From Proteromonas lacertae (taxonomy: Eukaryota): 64,000 nucleotides of DNA. Of this stretch, positions 52,123 through 64,000 are shown one piece after another; within the stretch, counting starts at the first letter, position 1, and each line of letters begins with the position of its first letter. A program made the translations under genes and the position numbers. Below the pieces are notes generated by a model. The model saw only the letters and a program-made list of their open reading frames with translations. It had not been told where the DNA came from and searched no databases. The stretch spans positions 1 through 64,000 of the forward strand of contig NGBS01000884.1 of the NCBI GenBank assembly GCA_002245135.1, given 5' to 3'.

Positions 52123-53916
52123 TTATTTTGTAAATGTATAAGGATAATCATCTTCTTTATAATTCTCTGGAGGAAATTTAAATGGCAATTTCTTAATAAC
52201 TTCAGCATGATTTCCTTTAATTGGTATAATCACTCCTAACTCAACATTACTAATAGTGAGACAAGTATTTGCTTTATTCATTCTTCCCCAAGCACTAGGA
52301 CTAATATTGTGGCTTCCAACATAAATCCAATTAATATCTTCTTTTAATGGAACATCTATTATATATAAAAAAAAGAAAATCAAAATGTTAAAAAAAAGAA
52401 AAAATGTAATAAAAATACATATTTTTGCATGATTAACTGAAGTTTCTCTCCCTTTTGATGGTTGAAATACACAAAATATATCTTTTGGAAATGTTTTTCT
52501 CTTCCAATAATCATCATTTAATATTATCTCACCAACACCTTCAGGAAAATGTGATTTATTGCGAATATAATCTCTTGTAGGAAATATTAATTTACATCTA
52601 TCTTTCAATTGATTTGGAATTAATGGTAATCCGCCTGCAAAACTGGTCATTAGTTCAACCATATATGTTTCATTCAATTGTCCAATACTGGAAGCTTGCA
52701 TAATAATGGGTGAATAATCTTTCTTTAATTCTGTTGAATTTGGTATTTTTCTCAATTCTTTCAATATTGATCTTAGTTTAAGATGCCCATAATCATTACC
52801 AAAACTACTATTTATTTAAAATGTACACAAAAAAACAAAATAATAATAATACATTCCTGGTATTGAAGATACAATAAAAGCATTGGCTGAAGAAAAATCG
52901 ACATTTTCAATATAGAACTTAATATCATCATCTTCAATCATACAATCTTTCATATATTTCACTAAATCATTTCTAAATCTACATTCTAGTGCAGGATCTG
53001 AAATTAATGGGAAATCTTGAAACCAAATACATTGTCCTAATTCATTCCAATCAGAATGTATTAAATTAGAACTAGAAATTACAATTCTTACAAACTTTGA
53101 AAATCTGATAATTATTAGTTTACCATGAAAACAACCATAGTTTATATTGGCAGGCCATGACATTGTTATCTAATTAAATATATATATTCGTTTTTATATA
53201 TATACATGTTTTAATAATCCATTAAATTCTGTTGAAACACTTCTTTGTTTTAATTGTGGACTTCCTGTTACTAAAACAACAGGAATATTTCGTGATAATA
53301 ATGGAGTTATCATTTCTGGTTCAACTATTCATTTTAATGAAATAAATAAAAAAACTATACAAACAAATGTGGTAAATAAAACTCTTCTTAATAAAGGATC
53401 TGATTTAGTTTCTACGAATTTTGAATGTAATAACATTCCAAATGAAATACATTCACTATTTGATTCAGGTGATATATATGTTAGTTTATTCATGTAAAAT
53501 GTTGTTCCATCTGTCTTAATTACTGAAGTTTTGGGTTGTAGTTGTAATGGAGATGATGGTAAATTGGTTATTTTTCTCATTTTTTCTTTAATTGGAGTTG
53601 ATTCTTCATCTCTTTTTCTTTTTGCCTATATAACATAAATAATATACGCAAATACAGATGTTCCACCTTCTAAAATAAACACAACTGCTTTATTTATATC
53701 ATTATCACAAATTAGTAATGCTTTTTTACTCTATAATTCATCAATCATTTTAATAATTCATACATCTTCTTTATTAAACCCATATTCAAGCATTTTATTC
53801 AAAAGTTCATCTTCTATTTTTATTTTCTCTTCTGATACTTCTGGTTTGGGTGTTTCACACATCTCACAAATGTCTTTATCATTAAAGAAAGTGCATTTTG
53901 GACATGTCCATGACAT
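52123..53916 (-). CDS. TDP1: Tyrosyl-DNA phosphodiesterase 1-like protein with N-terminal RanBP2/NZF zinc finger and UBA domain
   Basis: WTCPKCTFFN...CEMCETPKP; MLEYGF...ALLICDNDINKAV; FHGKL, ISSSNL, WFQDFP, QASSIG, NHAK, YVGSHNISPSAWG, SNVELGV. Confidence 0.87.
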
Positions 53917-54019
53917 TTTCAATTAGAAAGCTTGAGATTCTGGTTTGATGTTATGTTCAAGCCTAAATTGTCTGGCTTGTTATTTTGTTTTGTTTTTGTT
54001 TTGAAAGTCTTCTATAGTG

Positions 54020-54728
54020 ATGAGTGGTATTAGACAACCATTATTAGAAAATGATGAGATGGCTAAATATCAGCCAGTAGCAGGATACGCAGCACAAGAA
54101 GTTAGTATTAATTCTATTTATAATTTTTTGAAATAGGAGGAGCTGTGAGTGTAAATGATGGTATACTATTAGGATAAAATATTTTTATTAGTTCAACTTG
54201 ATGTAGGGATAAATACTGTTCAACCACAACCTCCTCCACAATCACAACCTCCAATTCAACCTCAACCTCAATCACAACCACAACCACAACCACAACCTGC
54301 ACCAACTCCAGTAACATATCAAAATACATCTATTCCGCCTCAGAATTATCCACCTCGTACTCCATTACAACAGACTACTCCCCATGTTTATGCTACAACA
54401 CTTGATTATATATTGTGTGGTAGGTGTCGAGTATTGTTTAATTTGTTTTATTAATTAATAGAAACAAGTAGCTTATCCTACAGGAAGTACATTGGTGAAA
54501 TGTCCATACTGCGAAGCAGTCAATAATACTGCTCCAGCTATGTCAACTACTCAATGTTTTAGATGTGGTAAATTTCTATTGTTTCCCTCAACAGCTAAAG
54601 GAATATCTTGTCCTTGTGGTGAAATTATTACTTTACAACATGTATATAGCAGTCCCACACCTCCTGATGCGTATTTACAACAACAACAATCTGTAATGAA
54701 TCCTATCAATCAATATCCTCCTCAGTAA
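54020..54728 (+). CDS. Pro/Gln-rich protein with two LSD1-type zinc fingers
   Basis: CGRCR..VAYPTGSTLVKCPYCEAVN and CFRCGKFLLFPSTAKGISCPC; three GT-AG introns. Confidence 0.75.
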
Positions 54729-54877
54729 TAGAGATGTTTATATAAGTTGTTCTATTTTATATACATATTTGAATAATTTGAAAATATTTGTTCATTAGTT
54801 TGTGAATAAAATGAAAATATGAAAGAAAAGGAATCAAGCTTTTCTCAAATCTAGAGATTTTTATTTTCTTAAATATA

Positions 54878-55712
54878 ATGGAGAATTGGATTCTTATTGT
54901 CTTAATATTCTGTTTTTTCGCTGTTCCAGTGTTCATGTTTTATGAAGTATAACTTAAGAGGTAAAATGATAGACTCCTGACGATGTTTCTATGAAGATGA
55001 ATTCAACATCAGTAACAGATAGTTCTGCTTTACCTATATCTTTTATATATTTAATATAAGGTTTATTTAATTTAATATTTACTCTAATGTGCATATCGAG
55101 AAACTAGTAGTTGGTCCATTACATTCTAATTGCTATATGATCTGGACATCTGATAATTACAAAGGGGTAATAATAGATCCAGGCTATGATACAGAGTATA
55201 TAATGAATATGATAAAATCAAAAGGTGTAAAAATAGAAGGAATATATTTAACACATGGACATGCTGATCATATTGGTTCAGCTCAAGAACTACATGAAAT
55301 ACTGAAAGTAGATATATATGGTAATAAAGAAGATGATATGTTTTATAAAGATCTAAAAGCATTGGGTGATTTTCGTATGCCTAAAGCTAAACCAATCGTG
55401 GAATATAAACATTTGAATGACAACCAAGAGATAAATTTTGGTTCTGCAAAAGTAAAAGTAATTCATACACCTGGTCATAGTCCTGGTGGTTTATGTTTCC
55501 AATTGGGAAATGTTGTTATAACAGGAGATACTTTATTCAAAAGATCTATCGGTAGAACTGATTTTCCTAAAGGTGATCTTACAACATTATTGAACAGTAT
55601 CAAAACAAAATTATACACACTTCCAGATTCTACTGTGATCTATCCAGGTCATTACGGTACTAGCACAATTTGTGAAGAAAAAATGTCAAATCCCCATACT
55701 ACTAGGCTATAG
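54878..55712 (+). CDS. Metallo-beta-lactamase-fold hydrolase (bacterial YcbL/glyoxalase II-like) with an N-terminal signal/anchor
   Basis: VGPLHSNCY, IIDPG, THGHADHIG, HTPGHSPG, TGDTLF..SIGRTDFP, YPGH. Leader exons joined by GT-AG intron 54947-54972 and AT-AC intron 55036-55082. Confidence 0.9.
55036..55082 (+). other. U12-type AT-AC intron (47 nt)
   Basis: TTA CCT|ATATCTTTT...TTTAATATTTAC|TCT AAT GTG CAT. There is no AG between the last in-frame stop (55068-55070) and the domain start. Confidence 0.8.
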
Positions 55713-55833
55713 ATATATTTTAATAATATTTGTTTTTAAATTAACTATTTACTTCTCTCTAAAAATTGAAATATAAAATTGATTTTCAAACACCAAAAAG
55801 TGATTTTTGCTTAACCATTTTCATTGTATTTTC

Positions 55834-57139
55834 ATGTCTTTATTAAATATTAGCAATGACTGTATAAAAGATAGGGCAAACAATCTGAAATCAACAGTCA
55901 AGGTGTTAGAACAGTCATTAGAGAATGATAAACAGCGAAGAGAGAAAATCTCTAAAGAAATAGTGAGTTTAGACCAATATTGTGATAAAATTATAAAAGA
56001 TATAAACACAGAAACCAATGAATGCAAAAATATTGAGATAATGATCGGTTTTTTAGAGAGTTGTGAAAAATGTAAGGTTTCAGAGAGTGATTCGAACTTC
56101 TCATTTAGTCAGTTAAATCCATTGAAATTTACAGAGATAGAATTAATTGGTATATTGTCTTCAAAGCGATATTCTATGAGAAGTACACCAATAGAGCTAT
56201 TACAGCTAAAGCCATGTGAATTATTACTATCTATATGTGATAATTATTCTTTTCCAGAATTGCAGGAAGATTTAATCAACACAATTAATGACATTTATCA
56301 TAGTATAGATAGTTGCAATACAAATAATAATCATAATAATCATATATACGTTAGTGAAGATGAATTAGATCCTTTTACACCAATTTGTCCATTTGATTTA
56401 GATGGTGAATGTACTGATATAGGTTGTCCATTTCAACACTTTAAAAAAACAACAAACAACACAAAAAAAGAAGAAAAAATTGAAAATAATGTTAAATCAA
56501 AGTGTCCATTGATTGTTATACCAATACCAAAGAATTATAATTTCAAAGTAAAGAGAAAATATCGAATTGAACAACTTAACAGTCAAATTCCATTATACTT
56601 AAAGAATTATCAATATATTGATATAAAAGTAGAAAATGAAGAAGAAATAATAAAGGAAATGATAAAAGAAATAAACACTCATTATAATGATAATATTTGT
56701 AAAGTCCCAGATTCGCTACAACCGGAATTATTATTGAAATATTTATTCAATCTTTCTCAATCAAATAATATATATGATTTATATGATAAGTTAAAATCCA
56801 ATCCAAATGCTTTAGTTTTGATTGATTATATATTGAAATATATTTCATCTATATTACAATCACATCGAACTGTCTCTTATGTATGGAATGTTTATTTAAA
56901 TTTTTATTTCTTGAGACAATGGACAAATGTTCAAGGTATTTTTTTAATACTTGACTAACTATTTATAGACATATTGATGGTGTGTAAAGTCTTCAAAGAT
57001 TTGTGTCCTTTCAATGTGATTGGTTATTCATTAATTATTGACGAATTATCGCATTGGAATATTGATTCAGTTGTTTTGTTGAATTATTACTTAAATACAT
57101 GTAAAGAATGTAGCAATTGTATAATCAACAACAATCCAG

Positions 57140-57171
<32 letters not shown>

Positions 57172-58926
57172 TATATATGCTAGAATGAGAATGATATAGA
57201 TCTTACCTTCAACTTAATAAAACAATTAATCTATTACAGCTATTCAATAGGATATTATGATGTTATAAATTCTTTATTTTCTTCCATTATTAAATCAAAT
57301 AATAATTATTCGAATTATATACTGGATGGTGGAGATATATATTACAGTAGGCTGATTAATATATTCTCAATATCTCAAATATCTATTCTTTTTTCATTGT
57401 ATTTATATTTCGAATTGTATAAACAACTTCCTCCTTATTCTATTACTAATTTTCCATTTTTTGTGAAGAGAATTGATTTAATTAAGACTCAATCTCAGAT
57501 TTCATCATTATATCAGTGTTATAAGACATTAAATAGATTTTGTAATGAAAATGAGTTGAATAAATATGAAGTTAATTCATATGTAGATATTTATGGGTTA
57601 GAAACTTTATTCTATAGTTATAAATGGATTTCAGAATTGTGTCAAATTGAATATAATACAAGCCATCTGAATATTTTGAAGAAAAATTATAATCTATTTT
57701 ATAAAATATATAAAATGAATGATAAAAATGAAAATAATAAATTACCTGATGAAGATATTGGACATTTAAAGAGTAATGGTTATTTATCCATAATTACTCA
57801 TTATCAACTATTAAATTTAAAATATAATAATAAAGATATAAATAAAGACAATTTAATCAGTTTAAATGATGAAAAGAAGAATATATTACATATTCTATTG
57901 CAATGGTGTAATTTCAATAATGATAAAGCAATGAGTGTAGAAGAATCCATTAAATATTTATATAGTAAAAGTATCGATGCTTATGAATTATTAGTTAATG
58001 TTTTGGCTAAAGGAATAATGGAATGTGTTGATAGAAATAATTCTAATAGTAAAACCAATTTCAATAGATTATTAAATAGCGTTTATACCTTAGAAATATG
58101 TTGTATTATAAAGAATATATATGAGAAATATATTAATAATAATAGTGTTGATGATAAATATGTTGATATTATCATAGATACTTTGATAAATATAAATTGT
58201 AAGATTGATTATAAGAAATTATTGCTTATATCATCCTACAGATCTTCAATTGCATTTATGTTTCAAATATATTCAATTTTATTTAAATCATTATCACTAT
58301 TTCAATGTGAAATACCAATATCAAAATGGTTTAATTATATTCAATCCTTAGATGATAAATTGAAAGTGTGTTTTAATGAAAATATTTCATTGTATTTTGA
58401 ATTGAATAAAGTGAATGATGAAACAATAAATCAACTTGAAATGTATAATCTGTCTAGTTATTATCATCTATTATATGGAAATAATAATCACTATACAGAT
58501 TCTTATTTATCAATACTGTTTGAGATTGTCAAACCTTATTTAAATTGTAATATTACTGAAGGAAGTATTTCTATTACATCAAATATTCCAACTTACTGTT
58601 TATTATTGACTGAGTATTTATGGAATAACAATGAATCTAGTCAAATAAAAGAATTAATTAGAAATATGAAAGGAATGGATTTATTTCAATTTGATTCAAT
58701 CATTCCATCTATTGTTCATTATGACTTGTTATATTCCATCTATGAAAGATGTTCAATTTATAAATTATTTGATATTTTAGAGATTTACATTAATTATTAT
58801 CCTTTTCAATGGAAAATATGGAGGTATGGAATGATTGTAGATATTGAGTATGGAGATGATCAAGATTCTACTTCTTATTTAGTGAAAGAATTTATTCAAA
58901 GATCTTTATTTATTGATCCAAGATAA
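55834..58926 (+). CDS. ZFC3H1/Red1-like C3H1 zinc finger protein
   Basis: Coiled coil, then LDPFTPICPFDLDGECTDIGCPFQHF, then a helical (HAT-like) C-terminus; two introns. Confidence 0.65.
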
Positions 58927-58982
58927 AAAATAAGAAAAAGAAATATAAGAATTTAATTATTTTGTTTTTGTTTTTGTTGTTT

Positions 58983-60661
58983 TTATTGGATTGAGAATTG
59001 TTCTGATTTCTCTATAACTAAATCCTTTTCAACCTTCAATTGTCCATTTTCTATTTTCACATATACTAAATGATTTTCAAGATTATTTCCTTTATAAACA
59101 TCCATATCAAATCTATAATCATCAAAATCACCACATTCTCTTTCTATTTTATTCAACTATTCAAATAATATAAAATAAATAAATAATTCATTATTAATAT
59201 ACTAATACTTTACTAATTCTCATACAATCAAGACATTCATTACTTTTATCCATTTCAATTACAACTTCATCAACAAATCGAGTGAAATATTTATTTATAT
59301 AATTTACATTAACATATTCATCTTCAATACAATCCTATTAATAGAATAAATAATATATTATATTATATTTATACTTCAATAATATCATGATCATCAATAC
59401 TTATAGTATCATTATGATTGTGAGTAACAAACGAATGTTTTTCAATCTTATCATATATATTTAAAAATAAAATATATCTATCTTCATTAGCTTTAGCTGT
59501 ATTATGTTCAATTGAATCTATTGAATGAAGTGTATAGGCAAAAGGCCAATTAATTTGATTATTTGTATATTCTATTAAATGTAAGATTATTGGATGATGT
59601 TGTATATCTTGATCTTCAACAGTAATCCAAATATCTTCATTTGATTGAATATTATAGTTTTCTATTGGCTCTACTTCTGTTATTGAATCTAATTCATCAT
59701 TTTCTTCTATTTCATTTTCGTTTTCATTTTCAATACATTTTGGAAATGATTTATCTTCATTTACTATAATGATGAATAAATTATAAAAAGTATATACAAA
59801 AATCAAAGAGATTTAATTCTATTTCAAAATGATTATCAATGAAATCCAATATGGCTTTTTGCTATATAATAAAATCAATCAATAAATATACAGTAGAATT
59901 ATCTTCTTTCATTACATCAATAATTACATGATAATGATTATCAGGGAAATGGGAATATTCGCCTTCCAATATGTTTAACAATTTCAATGGTTTTTCATAG
60001 TTTTCATGTTTACTTACTCTTTCTAACAATCTTTCAACCTTTTCTTGTATTTGCAAAGTCTCTATTTCATCAAGATTCATCCAATTTCTTCTTCCAGGTT
60101 GTTGTTGTTGTAGATATCTTTGTTTCTTTATATAAAAATCTTCTTCTTGAGTGTAATTATAATGTAATTCAGCACAGTATATGGTATTAAATGAACACTT
60201 TTCGATTCCTAATAAAAATGCATGATATCTTCCTGTAACTTGCTGTTTTGGTAATGTAAATTCAGTATGAAGCTATATAAATTATTATTATAAAATAAAT
60301 ATAAATACAACAAAATTATCTTTGTTTCTGAATGATTTCTTGATTGGACCTGATTTAACTAAAACAGGCTTCCAGATATTATCTTCAAATAAATGCATAG
60401 TCCACAAACCATGTTTCACTAATATTAGCTAAATAGTGTTGTACCTTTGTGTTTTAGTTCACCTTCAATAGCAATAGATGCTAAAGCATCTGGATATATT
60501 TCTTTACCATCTATTACTTCTAAATAAGCGTTTGAAATATCGAGATAAGGATCATGAACCTAGATAGTGAATCTAAGTCATTATACATGATCACACAAGT
60601 TCCATTGATAGTTTTCTGATACAGTTAAGCAAAATAATATGAGTATATAAAGGAATTTCAT
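58983..60661 (-). CDS. Putative secreted multi-exon protein (possible ML-like N-domain and cystatin-like segments)
   Basis: Hydrophobic N-terminus, FTLPKQQVTGRYH...YCAELHY, several GT-AG introns. The domain guesses are weak. Confidence 0.5.
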
Positions 60662-60801
60662 TTTCTAGAGAGAAGATTGAAAAAGTCGTGTTTAATAATA
60701 ATCACTTATATTTTTCTACATATTAAAAAGGATCCCTATCAATAAAATAAACAAGCCAAAATTTTATAAAGTGTTACATAAAAATGATAATTTAATTGCT
60801 T

Positions 60802-61390
60802 TTATACCTCTTTCAATCTGTAAACAGATTTCTCTAACTTTGAATACAAATGTCTAATCGTTTTATCAGAGGCTTGAAGGTATATTGATCCACCTGGCAG
60901 AAATATACACACAATTGTTAGGAAATGTATTGTTAAAGGAGTATGTGTTAGTGTCATTATGAGATCATAAATAATTGGCAAAAATGACATGATATACACC
61001 GATATATGTGGGATAAATATACACAAAGCCTACATTATTAATTTAAATGTCATACAGCCATAAAAGCACTTACACATGCTACCCATCCACTGAATGACGT
61101 ATTATAATTAGCATCACCATATGTTGTGAATGTTATTATTTCATTTAGCTTTGAATTCCTTTTCAATACACCATACCCTATTAATAACGATAAAAAGATC
61201 ATTAACAATCCAATAACACGCTATAATAAATCATAATTTTATTCTATACTCTTATCCAAGCATGTTGTTCTTCAATTTCCTTTCTAAAAAGATCAACTAC
61301 TTGAATTTCGTCTACAGATGCAATATAATTAATAAAAATACCTTCTTCATTGATTACTTCTTGCTGTAATACTTTTGAAATTCTTTTCAT
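60802..61390 (-). CDS. Small multi-pass membrane protein
   Basis: MKRISKVLQQEVINEE..., three GT-AG introns, hydrophobic segments, ending LEKSVYRLKEV*. Confidence 0.65.
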
Positions 61391-61405
61391 CTCAAGCTTT
61401 TTCAA
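61391..61405 (-). promoter_or_regulatory. Candidate promoter element TTGAAAAAGCTTGAG
   Basis: Fills much of a 38-nt divergent spacer; an identical 15-mer occurs at 62141-62155, with close variants upstream of other genes. Confidence 0.45.
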
Positions 61406-61428
61406 TCAAACCTATAGAAATTAAACCA

Positions 61429-62061
61429 TATGTCCTCAACAGATAAATTTGAAGAAGAAAATTTAATAATAAAATTGCCTGATGATGTAGCTTCCCAAGT
61501 ATTTAATAGCAATATTAATGTTTAGTTTGATTCTGGTAGTATGGGAAGTATTACTGTGTTTGATTCTGATGATCCTAATGGGAAATACAAAAGAATAAGA
61601 ATAGGCAGTAATATATTTGATGCAAGAATATATGACTTACCAAGAAGTGTTGAAGGTTATAAAACATTAGATAGGAAAGGTTATTATAAATGCTCTGATG
61701 TACAACAGATATTAGGTATACTGTTATTCATAAATCAAAATATAGTTGTTGCTCACAACAAAAACGAACTTCCACTTGACGATGTATATCCAGATGGTTT
61801 AACTAGTCCTTTGAAAGTATTTATATTTATATAATCTACATAATAATATAGGATATATCAAAAAGAACTCAAAAACCTCAATATCCTGAGAATATAGCTG
61901 AATATGAGAAAGAAATTAAACCAAACAAATCAAAAAGAGATAAGGAAAGTTCATTTAGACATAATGTCAATAATAAAATACTATTTAAAGATACAACTGG
62001 TTTGCCAGAGCTTAGTAATGCAACAACAAAGAAAATATATCCAGCAAGTTATTTTCAGTAG
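61429..62061 (+). CDS. TAF7: TFIID subunit TAF7-like (N-terminal domain)
   Basis: EENLIIKLP, ARIYDLPRSVEGYKTLDRKGYYKCSDVQQIL, YPDGLTSPLK. Confidence 0.8.
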
Positions 62062-62663
62062 TTTACATTTATATTTGATGTTATTTGTTAGAGAATGTTT
62101 TGTTTTTGAATATTTAAAAATTTGGTTATTGAAAAAATATTTGAAAAAGCTTGAGAAAAATACAAAAATGTCAAAATGAGAGTAATGCTTGAGGTTTACT
62201 AAAGCATGTACATAATAAATAATTCAAATATATAGGAATATTTTTAAAAATAGTAAATGAAATATAAACACAATATATATATACTATTTGTGTAAGATTA
62301 GGTATATGAATAAAATATATGGAATATAGAAATGCAATGGCAGTTTTAGAAGAAGTCTGAAAGAAAGCTTAGAAATTAGACAATAGTTTGTGTTTATATA
62401 TATAATAGAGTTGATATAAATGATTATAATATTTGTAATATGTGGATGAATCATTTCGAATCTAAGTAATGGAGTAATAAATTACAATGAAATCCAGAAT
62501 TAGGGTATTCCAAACTATCAACAAAGCTAATATTCGATGATAATGACGTTACATATTTCTAAAACCACTTCATCAATACCTAATGTTTGATCTACTGTAA
62601 AAATGATAAAAAAGCTTGTAACAATCAAACATATTTTTAGTTAAACTTTCAATAAACTCGAAG

Positions 62664-64000
62664 AATGATTTATAGTTTTATATTTATTTCTTTTATTTGT
62701 ACGTTATATTATCTTTATTTTATTATAGGCATGTGCACTTGCGACAAACACTTGTCAAGTGTAATATTACCAGAAAATAGTAAATGGGAGTATTCACAAT
62801 TCCCAAAAACTAACAATTCGTGGAGTAATGTAGTATATGGGTGGAGATCATATACTCCATCTTCGTTTCCAAACAAAACAACAATTACCACATATTGCCG
62901 AAAGAAATTCGCACTTCCAGATATAGCTGTTACAAATTCACCCATATTGAAGATAAAATACACTGATGGTTTGATAGTGTTTATAAATGGAATAGAAATA
63001 TTTCGAAAGAACATGCCATTAGGAGATATAACCTCAGAAACAATAGCAACTAAATCATTTGATAGACTTATTCAATCAACAATTTCAATTCCTCAATCAA
63101 TAATTAATAGTGTTGATAATTATATAGGAATAGAAATACATAAAAGTGAATCAAGTCCATCCAATCAAATCGATGAATTTTCAGCCACAATCGAAACAAG
63201 TAATAGAATATTACAAACAATAACAATAGCTGATAATGTCGATGTTAGTGTAAAATCAGACTCTGGTAATGAACCAATTGAAATACCATTTCCTTTATCA
63301 AACATGTTTTCAATTGATGATGGATATTGTCAAATTAATTTAAGTCCAAATGAAGAGAATAAGTGGTTTCCGATGAATTTTTATTTGAAATTAAAGAATA
63401 ATTTAGCTAAATATGTAAATGAATTTAGGATCAGTGGATGTTCAGACAATGCAAATACTCATCCAAAGAATATAAAGATATATGGTTCAGTTGATAGTGA
63501 AAATGTTGAATGGATATTACTGTATGAGAATGCTGATTTAGGATTGAAAACAACAGGTTGTAATGATATTAAAACATTTTCTTTAAACAGAATTGACAAA
63601 TCATTTGAATTATTTAGATTAGAGATAATTGAAACTAATGGATATTCAATTAACTCAGGGCAATATATCCAAATCAAATTATTTGCATTAGATGAAGAGC
63701 CACTTTATATATGCGAAGCAAGTGATGGATATCCTTCAACCAATATTGGTGTTAGTTCAATTATATATTGTGGAAGTGGATATAAAGAAAGAAAATGTGG
63801 AGAAAATGGAATATGGGAAAATGAAATAGATCATGAATGTAATAATGAATTTATTAATAATGTATGGCAATACAGTGATTCTACTCCATCATCTGTTAAT
63901 TGGAATAACGAATATAAAGAAGGAGAAAGTGGTTGGATAAAGAAATCTTCGCCATTTCCTGATTTTATATCCCTTAGTAGATATTATCGAAATTATTTCA
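62664..64000 (+). CDS. Large putative surface protein with beta-sandwich/discoidin-like modules; truncated by the window edge, start uncertain
   Basis: Long open frame from about 62730: WEYS..W..TTYCRKKF..KYTDGLIVFINGIEIFRKNMP, then HPKNIKIYGS...WILL, and a second WQYSD module. Confidence 0.7.

Noticed and set aside
59447..59480. Non-canonical intron (ATATATTTT...AAG)
   Set aside because: It reads through in frame and lacks a U12 5' consensus or a GT donor; probably coding.
281..62061. Stop codons created by polyadenylation, or a reassigned genetic code
   Set aside because: The genes I could rebuild end in genomic TAA/TAG, and internal stops are explained by introns or indels.

Overview
Very AT-rich, gene-dense eukaryotic nuclear DNA using the standard genetic code, with many tiny (about 26-50 nt) GT-AG introns. 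The ORF track therefore breaks most genes into pieces, and I rebuilt about 27 spliced genes by hand. Intron size, gene content and minor introns suggest an anaerobic stramenopile such as Blastocystis or a relative; this is inference only, since no rRNA is present. Recognisable genes: PPIE-like RRM, RING protein, longin R-SNARE, Myb-ankyrin-HDAC-PHD fusion, four paralogs of an unknown family, two double-Hsp70 genes, P4-ATPase flippase, LRR protein, GPR180/TMEM145-like protein, proteasome alpha-3, four-domain voltage-gated channel, GNL3/Nug1, Ulp protease, tenascin-like EGF protein, divergent 14-3-3, SDR, NZF-UBA-TDP1, LSD1-type zinc finger, bacterial-type MBL hydrolase, ZFC3H1-like protein and TAF7. 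Best leads: (1) four short U12-type (AT-AC class) introns, one joining a eukaryotic leader to a bacterial-type enzyme; (2) a deleted and partly inverted relic of an axonemal outer-arm dynein heavy chain, abutting a 68-bp minisatellite; (3) the Myb-ANK-HDAC-PHD single polypeptide; (4) tandem pseudo-NBD+NBD Hsp70 genes; (5) a recurring intergenic motif TTGAAAAAGCTTGAG. All exon joins and family calls were made by eye without database searches.
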